A stretch of 64,000 nucleotides of DNA, taken from the NCBI GenBank assembly GCA_044892525.1, contig CM097885.1, positions 5,458,001-5,522,000 of the forward strand, read 5' to 3'. This DNA comes from Schmidtea polychroa. Its lineage: Eukaryota. How positions within the stretch are numbered: position 1 is the stretch's first letter; each line of letters opens with the position of its first letter. A program made the position numbers and the translations under genes. The notes beneath the pieces are model-generated. The model was not told the origin of the DNA, ran no database searches, and saw nothing but the letters and a program-made list of their open reading frames with translations. This document shows, piece by piece, positions 43,930 to 57,197 of the stretch.

Positions 43930-46900
43930 GCCGATTATATCCTCGGTATTGTGTTTCTTCGACTGGGCATACTGAAGTATGTCACAAAAACATGAAAAAA
44001 TACTATGGGCATAAATTCTATGGACTCAAATACTATTTATGTCCACTATGCCAGACTTCCCAACCTATAAAATATATAGATTTTTATAATATACATAGTA
44101 AACATCGAAATCAGTTTCCTTCAAATAAAAAGAAACTTTTTAATGAGTTAAATAATACAGAAAATATCAAAACTGTAAATAAAAATAAAAATATAAATGT
44201 GAATAGCATAGCACAAAATGTAATTAATAATGTAAATAATACAGAACATATCAAAACTGTAAATAAAAATGTGAATAGCACAGCACAAAATGTAAATAAT
44301 ACAGAACATATCAATAATAAAACTGTAAATAAAAATGTGAATGCACAGCACAAAATGTAATTAATACAGAACATATCAATAATAAAACTGTAAATAAAAA
44401 TGTGAATAGCACAGCACAAAATGTAATTAATAATGTAAATAATCTAATTAAAAATATAAAACGGCCTGCTGTTAGTCCTGGGTCTTGTGTTCCATCTAAA
44501 ATTGTTAAAGTTATTGATGGTGGTGATGAAATAGATAATATCTTAAATAATATACTAAATAATCAAATAGGCGGTTCAGTCGATATAGACGACGAGCCAG
44601 AAATAGAAATAGATTTTAAGGGGGCTAGAAAAAATCTAAGGTTTGACGTGGAGAAAGACGCCTTAGTACAGATAGCAATAACACCAAAAATTATTCAAAA
44701 ACTAGTATCAGAAATGAACGGTATGGGGCCCGTTAAAATTCAGTTCAAGGTTCTCATACAATTTGAGAAAGATGGCGAATTAAAGGATAATTTCTTTTCC
44801 AATAACGCCGAAGTTTTTTCAGAAAACTTTTTAATCAATGGCATCACTAAATTAAATAATAAGATAGAAAAATTCACATATTTAGGTAGCGGATGGCGGG
44901 TTGTTAAAATAAAAGAAATTGACTTCATAATAAATAAGTATAAGATTATGAATAGGTTAGCTGGACATAGTTATATCCCCACCCCGACAGCTTTAAAGTC
45001 TAAAAAAGCTATTGTCAATATCCAGAACACAGATGATGATATGTGTTTTATATATAGCAAGGGTGGGCACGCATGGGTTCAATAAGAGCCATTTTCCGAA
45101 AATTTATTTTTTACAGAGCCACCATAGTAAAGTACATATTTTTGATGCTTCTCTCTCGTTGTTATAACAAAGCGCCGCCTACTACAAAATAATTTTAAAA
45201 AGCAGTAAAATGTGAAAAACAATGTTTCGTTAATTTTTGACATTTATGAAAATACAATTGCAACAAAAAATTTTTTCTCAAAACATTTAGTGAAAAATTT
45301 CAAAATAAAAAATCGAATTCGATTATCAAGCGTGATGTTATACGCAGAAATAAGCATCGAGTTAGTGCTTACCAAAATTATTTGGATGAAATTAATTTTG
45401 ACCCCATTAGTGATTGCCCAATGAGATTAAGTAACATACCTAAATTCGAACGAAAAAACCGTGAACTGAACTTAGCTATTAACGTTTTAATATATAGAAA
45501 TAAACCAGCGAAACCTATCAACAATGAAGATTATATCCCTCATCATCCCCAGTTAGATATTATTCACCGATCAAAGGTTATAGGTGGTAATACCATATAT
45601 TTATTATTATTAGAAGACGGTGATAATTATCATTACACCGCAGTTTTTGATCTTCAAAAACTTATGAATGCACACCCAAATAGCTCCTGTCACCTTTGGA
45701 TTCGCGTCAAATGGTGCCCACATTGCCTTAATGGCTTCAGACATAGGAACGCTTATGATATCCATGTAGACCTATGCCGTAAGAATCAAATAGGTTCTAC
45801 TTTATATACATTACCGAAAGAGAAAAATTTAATATTCTCAAACTATGCAAAAACAGTAACCCCGCCATTCGTGATATATGCCGATTTTGAGGCGATTTTA
45901 CCTGAGGATATCACCCACCATCAAAAACACTTGCCAATAACAGCAGGCATGTTACTAATTAACAATTATAACAAAACTAGATTTTATTATGAGTTTGTTG
46001 GTGAGGATTGCGTGTTGTCTTTCTTGCATAAGGTGGAGGAAATTGCTGTCACAATTGTCCTGCCATATTACGAAATTAACGGTAATAAGCCTATGCAAAC
46101 CTTGTCTTTCGCTGAAGATCGTGCCTTTTATAATTCCAGGACCTGCTATCTTTGTAAAAAATTCATTCGTAGTAGAGTTAGGGACCATTGTCACTTCACA
46201 GGTCAGTATCTTGGTGCTGCCTGTAAGAAATGTAATGTGTCTCGCAGAATTCAGAGACAGTTACCTGTTGTATTTCACAATTTGAGGGGGTATGACCTCC
46301 ATCATATTTTGAAGTATGGTTTGAATAATTTTCCTTCTTGGGAATTGAATATTATTCCAACCACTACGGAAAAATTTATCTCCCTCATCGCGTACATTAA
46401 CAAATTGCCTGTTCGTTTTATTGACAGCATGCAGTTTGTTAATTCATCACTTGCAAAAGCTGTTAAGACTCTTTCCGATCTGCCTTTAACTTCTTCTGTT
46501 TTTGATGGCGCAATTGTTCGAGCCAAAGGTATCTTCCCTTATGACTTTGCTACATCTCTTGAGGTCCTGGAATCAACTCTTGAATTGCCTCCTATTTGGG
46601 ATTCTGTGTCTAATGATGAATATGAATTAGCCCAAGTTATTTGGACTCAACAAAATTGCAACAATATGTTAGACTATATGTTAACATACCTTAAACTTGA
46701 TGTGTTTCTCCTCGCAGATTATTTTACACAATTCCGTGAAAAGGCCATTGCATACAATGGTCTTGAGCCTCTAAATTTTTATGGTATTCCCGGTATGTCA
46801 TGGGCCTCAGCGCTTATGACATTAAAGGAACCCATTGAACTTTTACAGGACATGGAAATGTTTAATTTCTATGAAGGAGGGATACGGGGTGGGTTAACAT

Positions 46901-48312
46901 TTGTTAACAAACATTATGTTGCTAGTTCTGAAGACACAGAACTCTTGTATATTGACATAAATAACTTGTATGGATGGGCCTTAAGCCAAAATCTGCCTTA
47001 TGCTGACTTTGAATGGGTGTATGATGATCTTGATTCTGTCTTGAATGAATGTATGAATGCTGATATTGATAACCTTCCATATGGCTATACTATGGAGGTT
47101 GATATCGATATCCCTGGTTGCTTGCATGATTTTTTGAATGATTTTCCGATTGCTCCGGAAAAAATGTGCCCGCCAGATTCAAAAGTTGAGAAGCTGATGC
47201 TCACGCATTGGCCGAAGAAGAACCATGTTCTTCATTGGCGACTTCTCAAGTTGTATATTGAATTGGGGGCTTTAATTAAAAATGTACATAGGGCAATTAA
47301 ATTTAAGCATGCACCAATTTTTAAAGATTACATATCGATTAATACTAATTTGCGCTCAAATTCTACATGCGAGCTGCACAGAGATTTATATAAATTATTT
47401 AATAATAGTCTGTATGGGAAATCCGTGGAAAACCTTAAAAAACGGATGAATTTGAGGCTATGCAATTCAGCTGAAAAGATGATTGTATATGCCTCAAAAC
47501 CTACATTCAGAAAATCTATCAGAATTGATGATGATCTGATTGCAGCTCATCTAAATAAGGATTCTATATGTTTAGACAGGCCTAGCTACGTTGGCCAATC
47601 TGTGCTAGACCTGTCTAAACTGAGGATGTACCAGTTACAGTATATAGAATTGGCAAAATATCGTTTAGAGTTCAACTGTGATATAAATATCGTTGCCGGC
47701 GACACCGACTCCTTTTTCTTAGAGATAAAGCACTGTAAGCTTGACACTCTTTTGCCGGCAATGATAAGAGACAACCTTCTAGATACTAGTAATTATGATC
47801 CTGCTCATCCTTTATATTCAAAGAGTTTGGATTCTGTGATAGGGAAATTTAAGGATGAAAGTAAAGGGCTTGGTTATAAGGAGTGGGTGTTCTTGCGCCC
47901 TAAGTGTTATAGTTTGTTAGGAGATAAGGCGACACTTAGGGCTAAGGGAGTTCAGCTTGGTAATACTGAGATAGGGCACCAGTCTTATTTAGACTGCTAC
48001 AACAACAGCGTAGTATATACGGTGCCACAAACGAGAATAGGTACTAGAAACCATCAGCTCTTTACTTTCAAGAATAGGAAGATAGCCTTGTCGAACAACG
48101 ATGACAAGAGACTATGGGTGGGGCCTAATACCAGTCTGGCATATGGACATTATTTAGGATTTGAGGAAACTGATGCTGTCCAGGTATTTAATCATGAAGA
48201 GATTGGACCGCTTTTTGGTGGAGAAAGCCCATCTTTCGATGATCAGGACAGCCCAAGAATCATAAACAATGAAGATGTTACTGACATTGATGATGTCATT
48301 TTATCTGACTAA
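43930..48312 (+). pseudogene. polB: P4 pPolB, disrupted by a frameshift in the Asn-rich repeats and a ~270-bp insertion
   Basis: ORFs 43992-44360, 44402-45085 and 45382-48312 are collinear with P2 pPolB; conserved splice acceptor at 43928-43929. Confidence 0.9.
45058..45327 (+). mobile_element. Truncated insertion, possibly a hAT 5' end
   Basis: Interrupts MCFIYS|...KRDVIRRNKHR; starts CAAGGGTGGGCA, which resembles hAT TIRs; no second TIR. Confidence 0.5.
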
Positions 48313-48683
48313 TGTGATATATTAATATATCTTTTTAAAAAATATGTTTGTATTCTTTTATAATGTATATATTTTATTGAAAACTCGTTATAGTTTTCAC
48401 TATTCTTTCTATGTTTAAACATTATATTTTCATATAAAATTATCGAAAATGTTTCAGCATAGAAAGGATATTATTGGTAAAAATTTTTATTTTTGAAAAC
48501 TTGTAATGTTTTTATATTTGGTATACGAGAAGATAATTTCTAACAGTAGTTTGCAGTGAGCATGCAACTACATCTCTTTTATAATAATATTAATGATAAT
48601 AATAATAATAATGTGTGTGTGTGTTGCGCAGTACCCTTGTGACTTGTTGAGCGTGAGCAGTACCCTTGTGAGCATTACCAATA

Positions 48684-48725
<42 letters not shown>

Positions 48726-50914
48726 TAATTAAGACTTTGAAAATAATAATAATAATTTTAATCTTCCGCGCGGGCGTTCTTTCCCAATAATAATGATAAA
48801 TTAAATAATTACATAATCGATAATGTAAACAAACGTAATCGATAATTAAAAAAAAATAATAATATAATCAACGATTTAAACAAAATTAAATTATTGTGTA
48901 ATTGATAATTAAAACAAAAAAAAATATAATCAACGATTTAAACAAAATGAAATTATTGTGGAATTGATAATTAAAACAAAAAAAAATTATTATATAATTA
49001 ACGATTTAAACAAACGAAAAGTAGGACTCCGCTGGCACAGTTAATAATATTTTTGAAAAATAATAATAATTTTTTCATCAATCAGTGTCGGACTAAAAAA
49101 TTAATAACTTTTATAATAATTATGATAAAAATTATTTCGATAGCTCAAAAGATTTGTCTCCGTCTGGGCTTCAAAATGAACTATAAATTGTTTAAATATT
49201 TTAAGTTTCAGACTATGTTTTGGGTTGACGAAAAGTAGGACTCCACTGGCACAGTTAATAATATTTTTGAAAAATAATAATAATTTTTTATGAGTCATTG
49301 TCTTTGTTGTATGAGTCATCGGATGAGTCATTGTCTTTGTTCTAGACGAGTGATGAGTTGACCTTGAAAAAAAATTTTTTAATTTTTCCGGCCGGGGGGG
49401 GGGGGGGGTACTGTGCCAGCGGAGTCCTGTTCTGGCGGTGCCCAATCCATCTACTCACCATTTGCATCTTATTTGAATACTACAGTCATTATTACGATGG
49501 CAGTTCATTAAACGTGTAATGTTGGTCACTGCGGTGTAATGATAATTATCCTTATTTTCCAAGAGTAATAAATAAATTGGAGTACCGCCAGTAACCGTTG
49601 ATCTGTGAATTATACTTAAGTGGGGGTGTTTAAAAACATAGTCATTAGGAACCTGATCATCATCAACTATCACAGTAGGGGTATAAGCCAGAACATTTAT
49701 GGCAAGATTTAAGTCTAAATTTTTCTTTTCGAATTTAGGTATATTACACAATTTCATCGGACAATCCGTGACTTCATTGTAATTAAGAATATTTAAAAGA
49801 TTTTCATATTTTGAAACTCTTTCAGGGTGGCTACCTATTTCATCTTTTTTCAAGAGCGCGAGAATACTATAAAGGAAACACTTATGACCCTTATTTTTAA
49901 CATTTATAATTGCTCCTTTAGATTTCAAATCTGCGGGTGTACGAATGTAACTATGACCAGATAGGCGACAAATAGGAGCAAATTTAGTCAGAATGAAATC
50001 GATCTCTAAGATATTAATTACTCTCCAGCCACTACCTAAATAGGTAAACTTTTCAATTTTTTCGTTTAACTTATTAACTCCCTCAATTAAAATGTTATGG
50101 GAAAAGATCTCGGCGTTATTTGAAAAGTAGTTGTCACGGATTTCCCCATCTTTTTCAAATCTTATAAGAATAGCGAATTGAATTTTGACGCTACCCATGT
50201 TATTTATTTCAGATGTTAACTTTTCAGTGATTTTATCCGTTATTATAATTTTAATTAATTGTGAATCGGCAATATTAAATCGAATAGTTCGAATGGCGCC
50301 ATTTAAATTTGATTCTATTATCGGCTCAATCGCTAAAGATGATCCACCTATTTGATTTATAGTATTTATAGTATTATCATTATTTATATTTTCATTTATA
50401 GCATTTATAGTATCAATATTATCATTTATAATATCATGATTTATAGTATATGTAATATTATTACATTCGTCATCACTGAGTAGAATGGCTTCATTTTTAA
50501 TAATTTCGTCGTCACTGATCTCAATAACTTCAGTTTTTATAATTTTATTTTTAATTTTAGACACCCTATGTTCAGCAGGTCTTTTATTAGATTTCTTTTT
50601 TGTGTTATTATTTAAAATATTTACAATTTCAATGTTATTCTTATTTATTATTTTAAACAGTTCTTTTTTATTTGTTTTGAAAGAATTTAAGTGCTGAGAA
50701 TGTTGACTATAAAATTCCTTATACCTTACACTCTGGGAAGTTTTGCATATGGGGCAAATAAAAAAGTTGATGCTATTAAAAGGTTGGCGATAATATTTCT
50801 TCATATTTTTGTGGCATTTATTGTCATGACCCATAGACGAATTACAATATTTAGGATAAAATTTGCCTAATAAAAGTTAAATAATTATTTATTGAATGAA
50901 AATGTATTATTTAT

Positions 50915-50971
<57 letters not shown>

Positions 50972-51049
50972 GTAATTTAATCTTTCATTTAAAATTTGTC
51001 TATAATATTATCAACTATAAAATAATTAGTTAATGCTAAATAATGCTAA

Positions 51050-51138
<89 letters not shown>

Positions 51139-51297
51139 TACTACTACTAATACAATTACTATTATAATTATTACTATTACAATTACTATTTTAATGATTA
51201 CTGAAATAATTTACATAAAGCTATATTTACATTATATTTACATAAAATCTATATTATTAAGTTATTAATTAATTAAAAACTATATATTAATAAAATG

Positions 51298-52471
51298 GGC
51301 ATAATCCTATTATAAACTGTTTTATTTAAAACAAACTGTTTTAATATTTATTGCAAATTATAATACAAATTATAAATTATAATACACAAGTAATAACCTA
51401 AATATAATTTACCACCATTTCCGGATGACCAGCAGAATCTCATTGAAGACCTTAAACTTATCACACTTCCGACGAAACAAAAACTCACTTAAATAACCCG
51501 CTAAATATAATTTTTTCGATCCGTATTGGTTTCGTAATTTTCTTTTAGCATGAGCCCATGTTGATTCGATATTTTGCGTATGAACGCTTGTATCTGTTGG
51601 TGAAACAAAGTTGTCCGCATGTATGACAACGTCGTGCGTAAAAAGCCCGCTTTCAATTATACGACGATAAGCCGCCCATCCATCGCTTATTACTCTTGTT
51701 CCTGGCAGAATACGCGTATTTATTATTCTTAATAGAGTATCAGCATTCCTATTAGGCACTATTACCAAAAAACACTTCTTAGTACCCCTTTCATAAGCGC
51801 CGAAAACCCACTTACTGTTTGTTAGACGGCCTCTATTATATTTCCTTTTCGAAAAACATGACTCGTCAATCTCAACCTCGATTGGATTTCCGTCCGCATC
51901 AATACCCCCCAATACATCGTTAAATCCCTCCAAACCCATCGCACACAATTCACGAAGATCTTTACATTTTTCGACCAATGTATTTTTATTTAAAGTCAAA
52001 TCATTAGAAATTTCATCTTGTTGTTGATTTTTTGACCAAAAAAATATAGTCATCAACAAATCTTTTAGCGGTAACTTGCTATCGAAAAATATTGAGTCGA
52101 ATCGCACAGAAGTTGATTTTCGGCATGGGAGTGTGCAGCTCCACACATAACCATCAACTAGCCTTTTCGCTTTTACTAACTTCATGTGTGCATTGCACAT
52201 TTCACAATCCATGGTATTTTTAATAAGTCCTAAGCTAGCCACAAATTCTAATACTTCAAGTTTGGATTTTTTCAAGTCATCATAAAGACTGTCGGATTTA
52301 AATCTGGTTGCAATTAGCTCTTCATCGTTGTATATTAATTCCGTAAGTTTTGTTATATTTTGGATTCGCGGCATTTCTATTTTAAATAAATAATTTGGTT
52401 AAATATTTAAACAGTGTATTTTAATTAAAACAGTTTGTTTTTAATTAAACAGTGTGTAATAGGATTATTCC
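51298..52471 (-). mobile_element. Merlin (IS1016/IS1595-like) DNA transposon
   Basis: TIRs GG(C/A)ATAATCCTATTA...; 8-bp TSD ATAAAATG at 51290-51297 and 52472-52479. Confidence 0.93.
51409..52374 (-). CDS. ISXO2-like DDE transposase
   Basis: VEIDES..KRKYNRGR, WVFG, ISDGWAAY, HTQNIESTW, YLSEF. Confidence 0.95.
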   Translation of the reverse strand: MPRIQNITKLTELIYNDEELIATRFKSDSLYDDLKKSKLEVLEFVASLGLIKNTMDCEMCNAHMKLVKAKRLVDGYVWSCTLPCRKSTSVRFDSIFFDSKLPLKDLLMTIFFWSKNQQQDEISNDLTLNKNTLVEKCKDLRELCAMGLEGFNDVLGGIDADGNPIEVEIDESCFSKRKYNRGRLTNSKWVFGAYERGTKKCFLVIVPNRNADTLLRIINTRILPGTRVISDGWAAYRRIIESGLFTHDVVIHADNFVSPTDTSVHTQNIESTWAHAKRKLRNQYGSKKLYLAGYLSEFLFRRKCDKFKVFNEILLVIRKWW

Positions 52472-53117
52472 ATAAAATGAAACATACATTTTGATTCGTT
52501 ATTCGAAACTGAGTCCCCAATAGGGATGGGAGCATTCAAATTATACACAACGGAGGTATCCATTACTGCGGCATTTATTATTGGAAAATTCTTGTTATGA
52601 GAAACAGAAGATTCTAAAATGTTAATGGTAATACAATTTTAATTAAACTAATAAATTACCATTTTGGAATATGTTTGAAATATCTAATATGTCGTCATTT
52701 TCGGTAATTGCGGCCCAATCACCAAAATAATTGTCTAAATAATAAAGATAATAATAATAATAAAAGTATTTATAATAATTATAAATATACCATTTCCATC
52801 ATTTCCAGAACCTAATCGCCTATTGAAGACTGACGAGTTAACGGTACGAGTTTCTAATTGAAAATTTAATTATTTAATATAAATAAATAAATAAAAATCC
52901 TTACCATTTCTCGAAAGAACCACATTGATTTTAGTATTAATTGATGACATTTTAAAATTGTAATAAAATAATTATGATGAAATTTGTATTACAATTGTTT
53001 ATAACGTGATAATATCATGCCTTTGTTAATCATGCACGGAGCATGCACCGTGCTTGACGGACTTTGTTATTATTGTAATAATATAAAACATAATAATAAT
53101 TATAAAAATAATAAAAC

Positions 53118-53210
<93 letters not shown>

Positions 53211-53260
53211 CATAATAATAATTATAAAATAATAAAAACATATTTTTATAAAAACATTTA

Positions 53261-53664
53261 TTATTTAATAGACATAAGCCATCCTAAACAATGTTGTCCG
53301 CACGTACGAGTTAAAGGGTGTGGATACATTGTTTTATTATATACAATAGGTTTGCCCATTGTTTGTAGTTTCGAAACCAATAAAGCAGGATAATAGAAAC
53401 CCATAGGATCGAATACATGTATCTTATCTGGTTTTACATAGATTGCAATCCAATGCTCTCCGCCAAGATGAGATGAATGGGTATTGACGATTATGGCTTG
53501 ATTATTTTTCAAAAATGGTATTTTATCGAGAGGAAAAAACTCCTAAAAATTCATTTCCTAATATTTGTTTTCCAATTCGATTAACCTGAACAGAACTATT
53601 TTAATAAATTAAACAGTATAAAAACAACTTACTCCATGACAACTTTCTGTATTTCTGTATACAT
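53261..53664 (-). pseudogene. P1 adenain-like protease, +1 frameshift in a homopolymer
   Basis: GEHWIAI, VFDP, TCGQHC; extra base in the A6 run at ~53534-53539 versus the P2 copy (could be a sequencing error). Confidence 0.8.
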
Positions 53665-53821
53665 TTATACTAGCACGGTCCTGTTTGCAGTAATTTGAAC
53701 TTCATTTTCAAATACTCCATATATTATAACATGCACAGGTTCTGTAATGGCTCTCGCAAACTTTATATCCAATCGTAAATTCCCGTTTTGTGGTAATTGA
53801 CTCTGATTTAAATCAAAATCA
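53665..53821 (-). pseudogene. P1 MCP 3' fragment (last ~50 codons)
   Basis: DFDLNQSQLPQNGNLRLDIKF...TANRTVLV, matches 17742-17898; fused directly to the right arm. Confidence 0.92.
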
Positions 53822-53836
53822 TCATCAATGACATCA

Positions 53837-55402
53837 ACAAGATTAATTTAATTCGGTGATCGGACATGTTTGAATTTTTGTAAAATAGAAATTATTGTAA
53901 AGTCTCTTTTCGTTTTATAATTATCGGTTTTATTTTTATTTTTTATTATTATTATTTTTTTTTTTATTTTTTTTTTTTTTTAATAATTTGATGTGTAAAA
54001 GTATTTTATTAGGATGTAGTTTGTTAATAAAAATAATAATAAAAATAGTAATACTTACTATATTGTGTACAAACAATATATCTTATAATATATAACCATT
54101 GGATAGAGCTCTTCGAGACCTTTTTAATGAACCATTATTCAATATAATCTATCGAAGGTAATCCTTAAAATTCAAATTTAAAATGTTCGCAAATGTAAAG
54201 TATGTTCAATGTATATTAATGAGTATCATACTATATACATTTAATAAACATTTATTTCTTTAACTTTGTTAGTAATACTTTGAATATTGTAAATAATAAA
54301 ACTATGTTGCAAATAATAATATTCAAACTAAACCAAATTTACAAACTACCGCGATAGCCCCTTCGGGGCGGGCGGCGGGCGAGTAGGCGGCGTTTGGGTA
54401 TGTTGATGATTTTAATTTTTATTAAATTCATTTGTTTGATTTCAGAATTAGATTTGTGTGACTAACCTTGTTAAATTTTTGGTTTGATTTATTCGAGAAA
54501 AAAAAAAAAAAATTTGTAAAACATTCTTTTACTATTGAGTTGGGAAATTTTGGGAATTTCATTTTTGGGACTTTTTAATTTTTGAAAAAATTTGAGTTGG
54601 GAAAATTGTTTTTGGGAATTTTTAAAATTTGGGAAATTTTTGAGTTGGGAAATTTATTTTGGGGATTGAAAATTTGTTGTAATGATCAATTTACAGTTTG
54701 AATAAAAATCAAAGTTTTTGACACTTGAGGGTAAGGACTCATCATACATCTTTGAAGGTATGACCATCACACTCTACTCTCAAATACCTTTTGAATGATG
54801 TATATATATTATAAAGTTTGAAAAAATTCGAAAGTTTTTGACCCTTTGAAGGTGAAGGACTCACCATACACCTTTGATTGTATGACCATCATACTCACAT
54901 CTCAATTACCTTTTGAATGACATGTATTATAGAGTTTGAAAAAATTCGAGGGTTTTGCACCTTTTGAAGGTTAAGGATTCACCATACACCTTTGAAGGTA
55001 TGATCATTGTACTCTACTCTCAAATATCTTTTGAATGATGTATATATTATAGGGATACATGTTTAAAATAACTTGACCTACATATTTTTTATAAACTATA
55101 TAGTCGTGACCTACTTAATTTGACTTACTAATTTATATAGTGTCCTGGAGGTGACACATGTTTAAATTAATTGACCAACATATTTTAAAAACTATACAGT
55201 AGTGACCTACTTAATTTTAACTTGACCTACATATTTTTAAACTATATAGTCGTGACCTATTTAATTTTAACTTGACATACTTGATTATATAGAGTCCAGG
55301 AGGTAACATATATTTAAAGTAACTTGACCTACATATTTTAATACCTATATAGTCGTGACCTACATAATTTTAACTTGATCTACTTAATTTTAACTTGACC
55401 TA

Positions 55403-55475
<73 letters not shown>

Positions 55476-55828
55476 CCTGGAGGTGACACATGTTTAAAGT
55501 AACTTGACCTATATATATTTTAAAAACTATATAGTCGTGATCTACTTACTTTTAACTTGACCTACATATTTTAAATTATATAGTCGTGATCTACTTAATT
55601 TTAACTTGACCTACATATTTTTAAACTATATAGTCGTGACCTACATAATTTTAACTTGATCTACTTAATTTTAACTTGACCTACTTAAATTTTAACTTAA
55701 TTTATACTTATTTTATACTACTTAACTTGTTTTATACAACTTAATTTTATAGTGTCCTGGAGGTGACATGTCCTGGAGGTGACATGTCCTGGAGGTGACA
55801 TGTCCTGGAGGTGACACATCCTACTACT
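53837..55828. repeat. P1 right inverted arm
   Basis: Reverse complement of 4287-6196. Confidence 0.95.
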
Positions 55829-56215
55829 TAAGATAGCAAATAAAGATACTGTTTCACGAACATGGCTTATATATTCATGTTCTATAAATTGTGTTTTTTG
55901 TTCATGTTGCAAATTATTTGTAGGTGGAACAAGTTCTTTGATCACAGATGGTTACTCAAATTGGCAAAATTTATCAAAAACTCTGAGTAGTCATGAAGTA
56001 ACTAAATCCCATTTAACATCATTTATAAAGTGGGTTGATGTAAAAAACGACTAGAAAAGTTTAGCACAATAGATAGTGCACTTGAAAAAGTATGTGAAAG
56101 AGAAAAACGACATTGGCGCGGTGTGTTAGAACGAATTGTTGAAATAATGAAATATCTCGCTAAACAAAATTTAGCTCTTCGAGGCTCGTCAGAATCTGAT
56201 CATTCCATTCAGATA

Positions 56216-57197
56216 TAGGGTTTCTGGATACTGTTTAACAGTAACAGTAAAACAGTTGTTTTTTCGTCAAAAAATCGAAAACAGCAAACAGCTGTTTTTT
56301 CATAACTGTTTTTAACTGTTTTTCAGTAAAACTTAAAGTTCACTGTTAAAAAAATGACGGGTTTTCCCGTCATTAAGAACCAGAAAACACGTCATTCAGC
56401 GTTCTTTTCTCAATTTTTTCTGAATTGACCTGTCTCGCGTCATTTAATCATCTTAACCCGTCATTTACGCATCATTTATCTCGCGTCATATGCTAGGCAA
56501 ATCAATGGACAGCCTTTGCTTAACATGCCACACAACGCGACCGCTTTCCATTCAAGGTCAACAGTCAATGCATTGTCTAGACGTCTAGACATAGCACCAC
56601 TTATATATAAATGAACAGCACTGGTTTGTGTTTATTTTCACATTATAAAATAAGCATTGCAACTTTTACTGAAATAAATATTTTTACTGATTTAATTATC
56701 TCAACTCATTAATTATCAATTACCTCATGAAGAAATATCTGTAAATTTATCAATGCAGGAGGAACTAAATGCTTTGCTTCAAAAAAGTGAAACTACAGTC
56801 ACGCCAGCTAATGATGCTGTCAGGTGGCTAAAGTCGGAATTTACACTTTTCAAGAACACTGGACAGCGAACTGAAAACCTACAAAAACTCTTTAATGCCA
56901 TTTTGACCATCAAACCCACTTCCACGGACGTAGAACGCGTTTTTTCGGTCACCTCAAGTTTTTGCACAAAAATTCGATCTCGTCTATCAGATAAATCACT
57001 GCAAGCATTGGTCTTTTTGAAATATTATTATAATAAATCAAATAAATAATTAAAAGGCTTTAATTTCATATTAAAAAATTTTTTTCCTTACATTATTTAC
57101 AGTAAAAACAATTAAAAACAGTAAAACAGCTGTTTTTTAAAAATCAGAAACAGTTAAACAGCTGTTTTTTGAAAACCACTGTTTTTCAGAAACCCTA
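56216..57197 (+). mobile_element. Internally deleted hAT element nested in the outer hAT
   Basis: TIRs TAGGGTTTCTG / CAGAAACCCTA; subterminal AAACAG repeats; retains the dimerisation domain PTSTDVERVFS...RSRL (56753-57049). Confidence 0.85.

Larger units (their letters stand above)
49456..52950 (-). pseudogene. polB: P1 pPolB N-terminal part with spliced leader exons
   Basis: Predicted exons 52950-52905, 52853-52791, 52734-52660, 52613-52488, 50866-49456; ends IQIRCKW at the CACCAT TSD. Confidence 0.88.
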
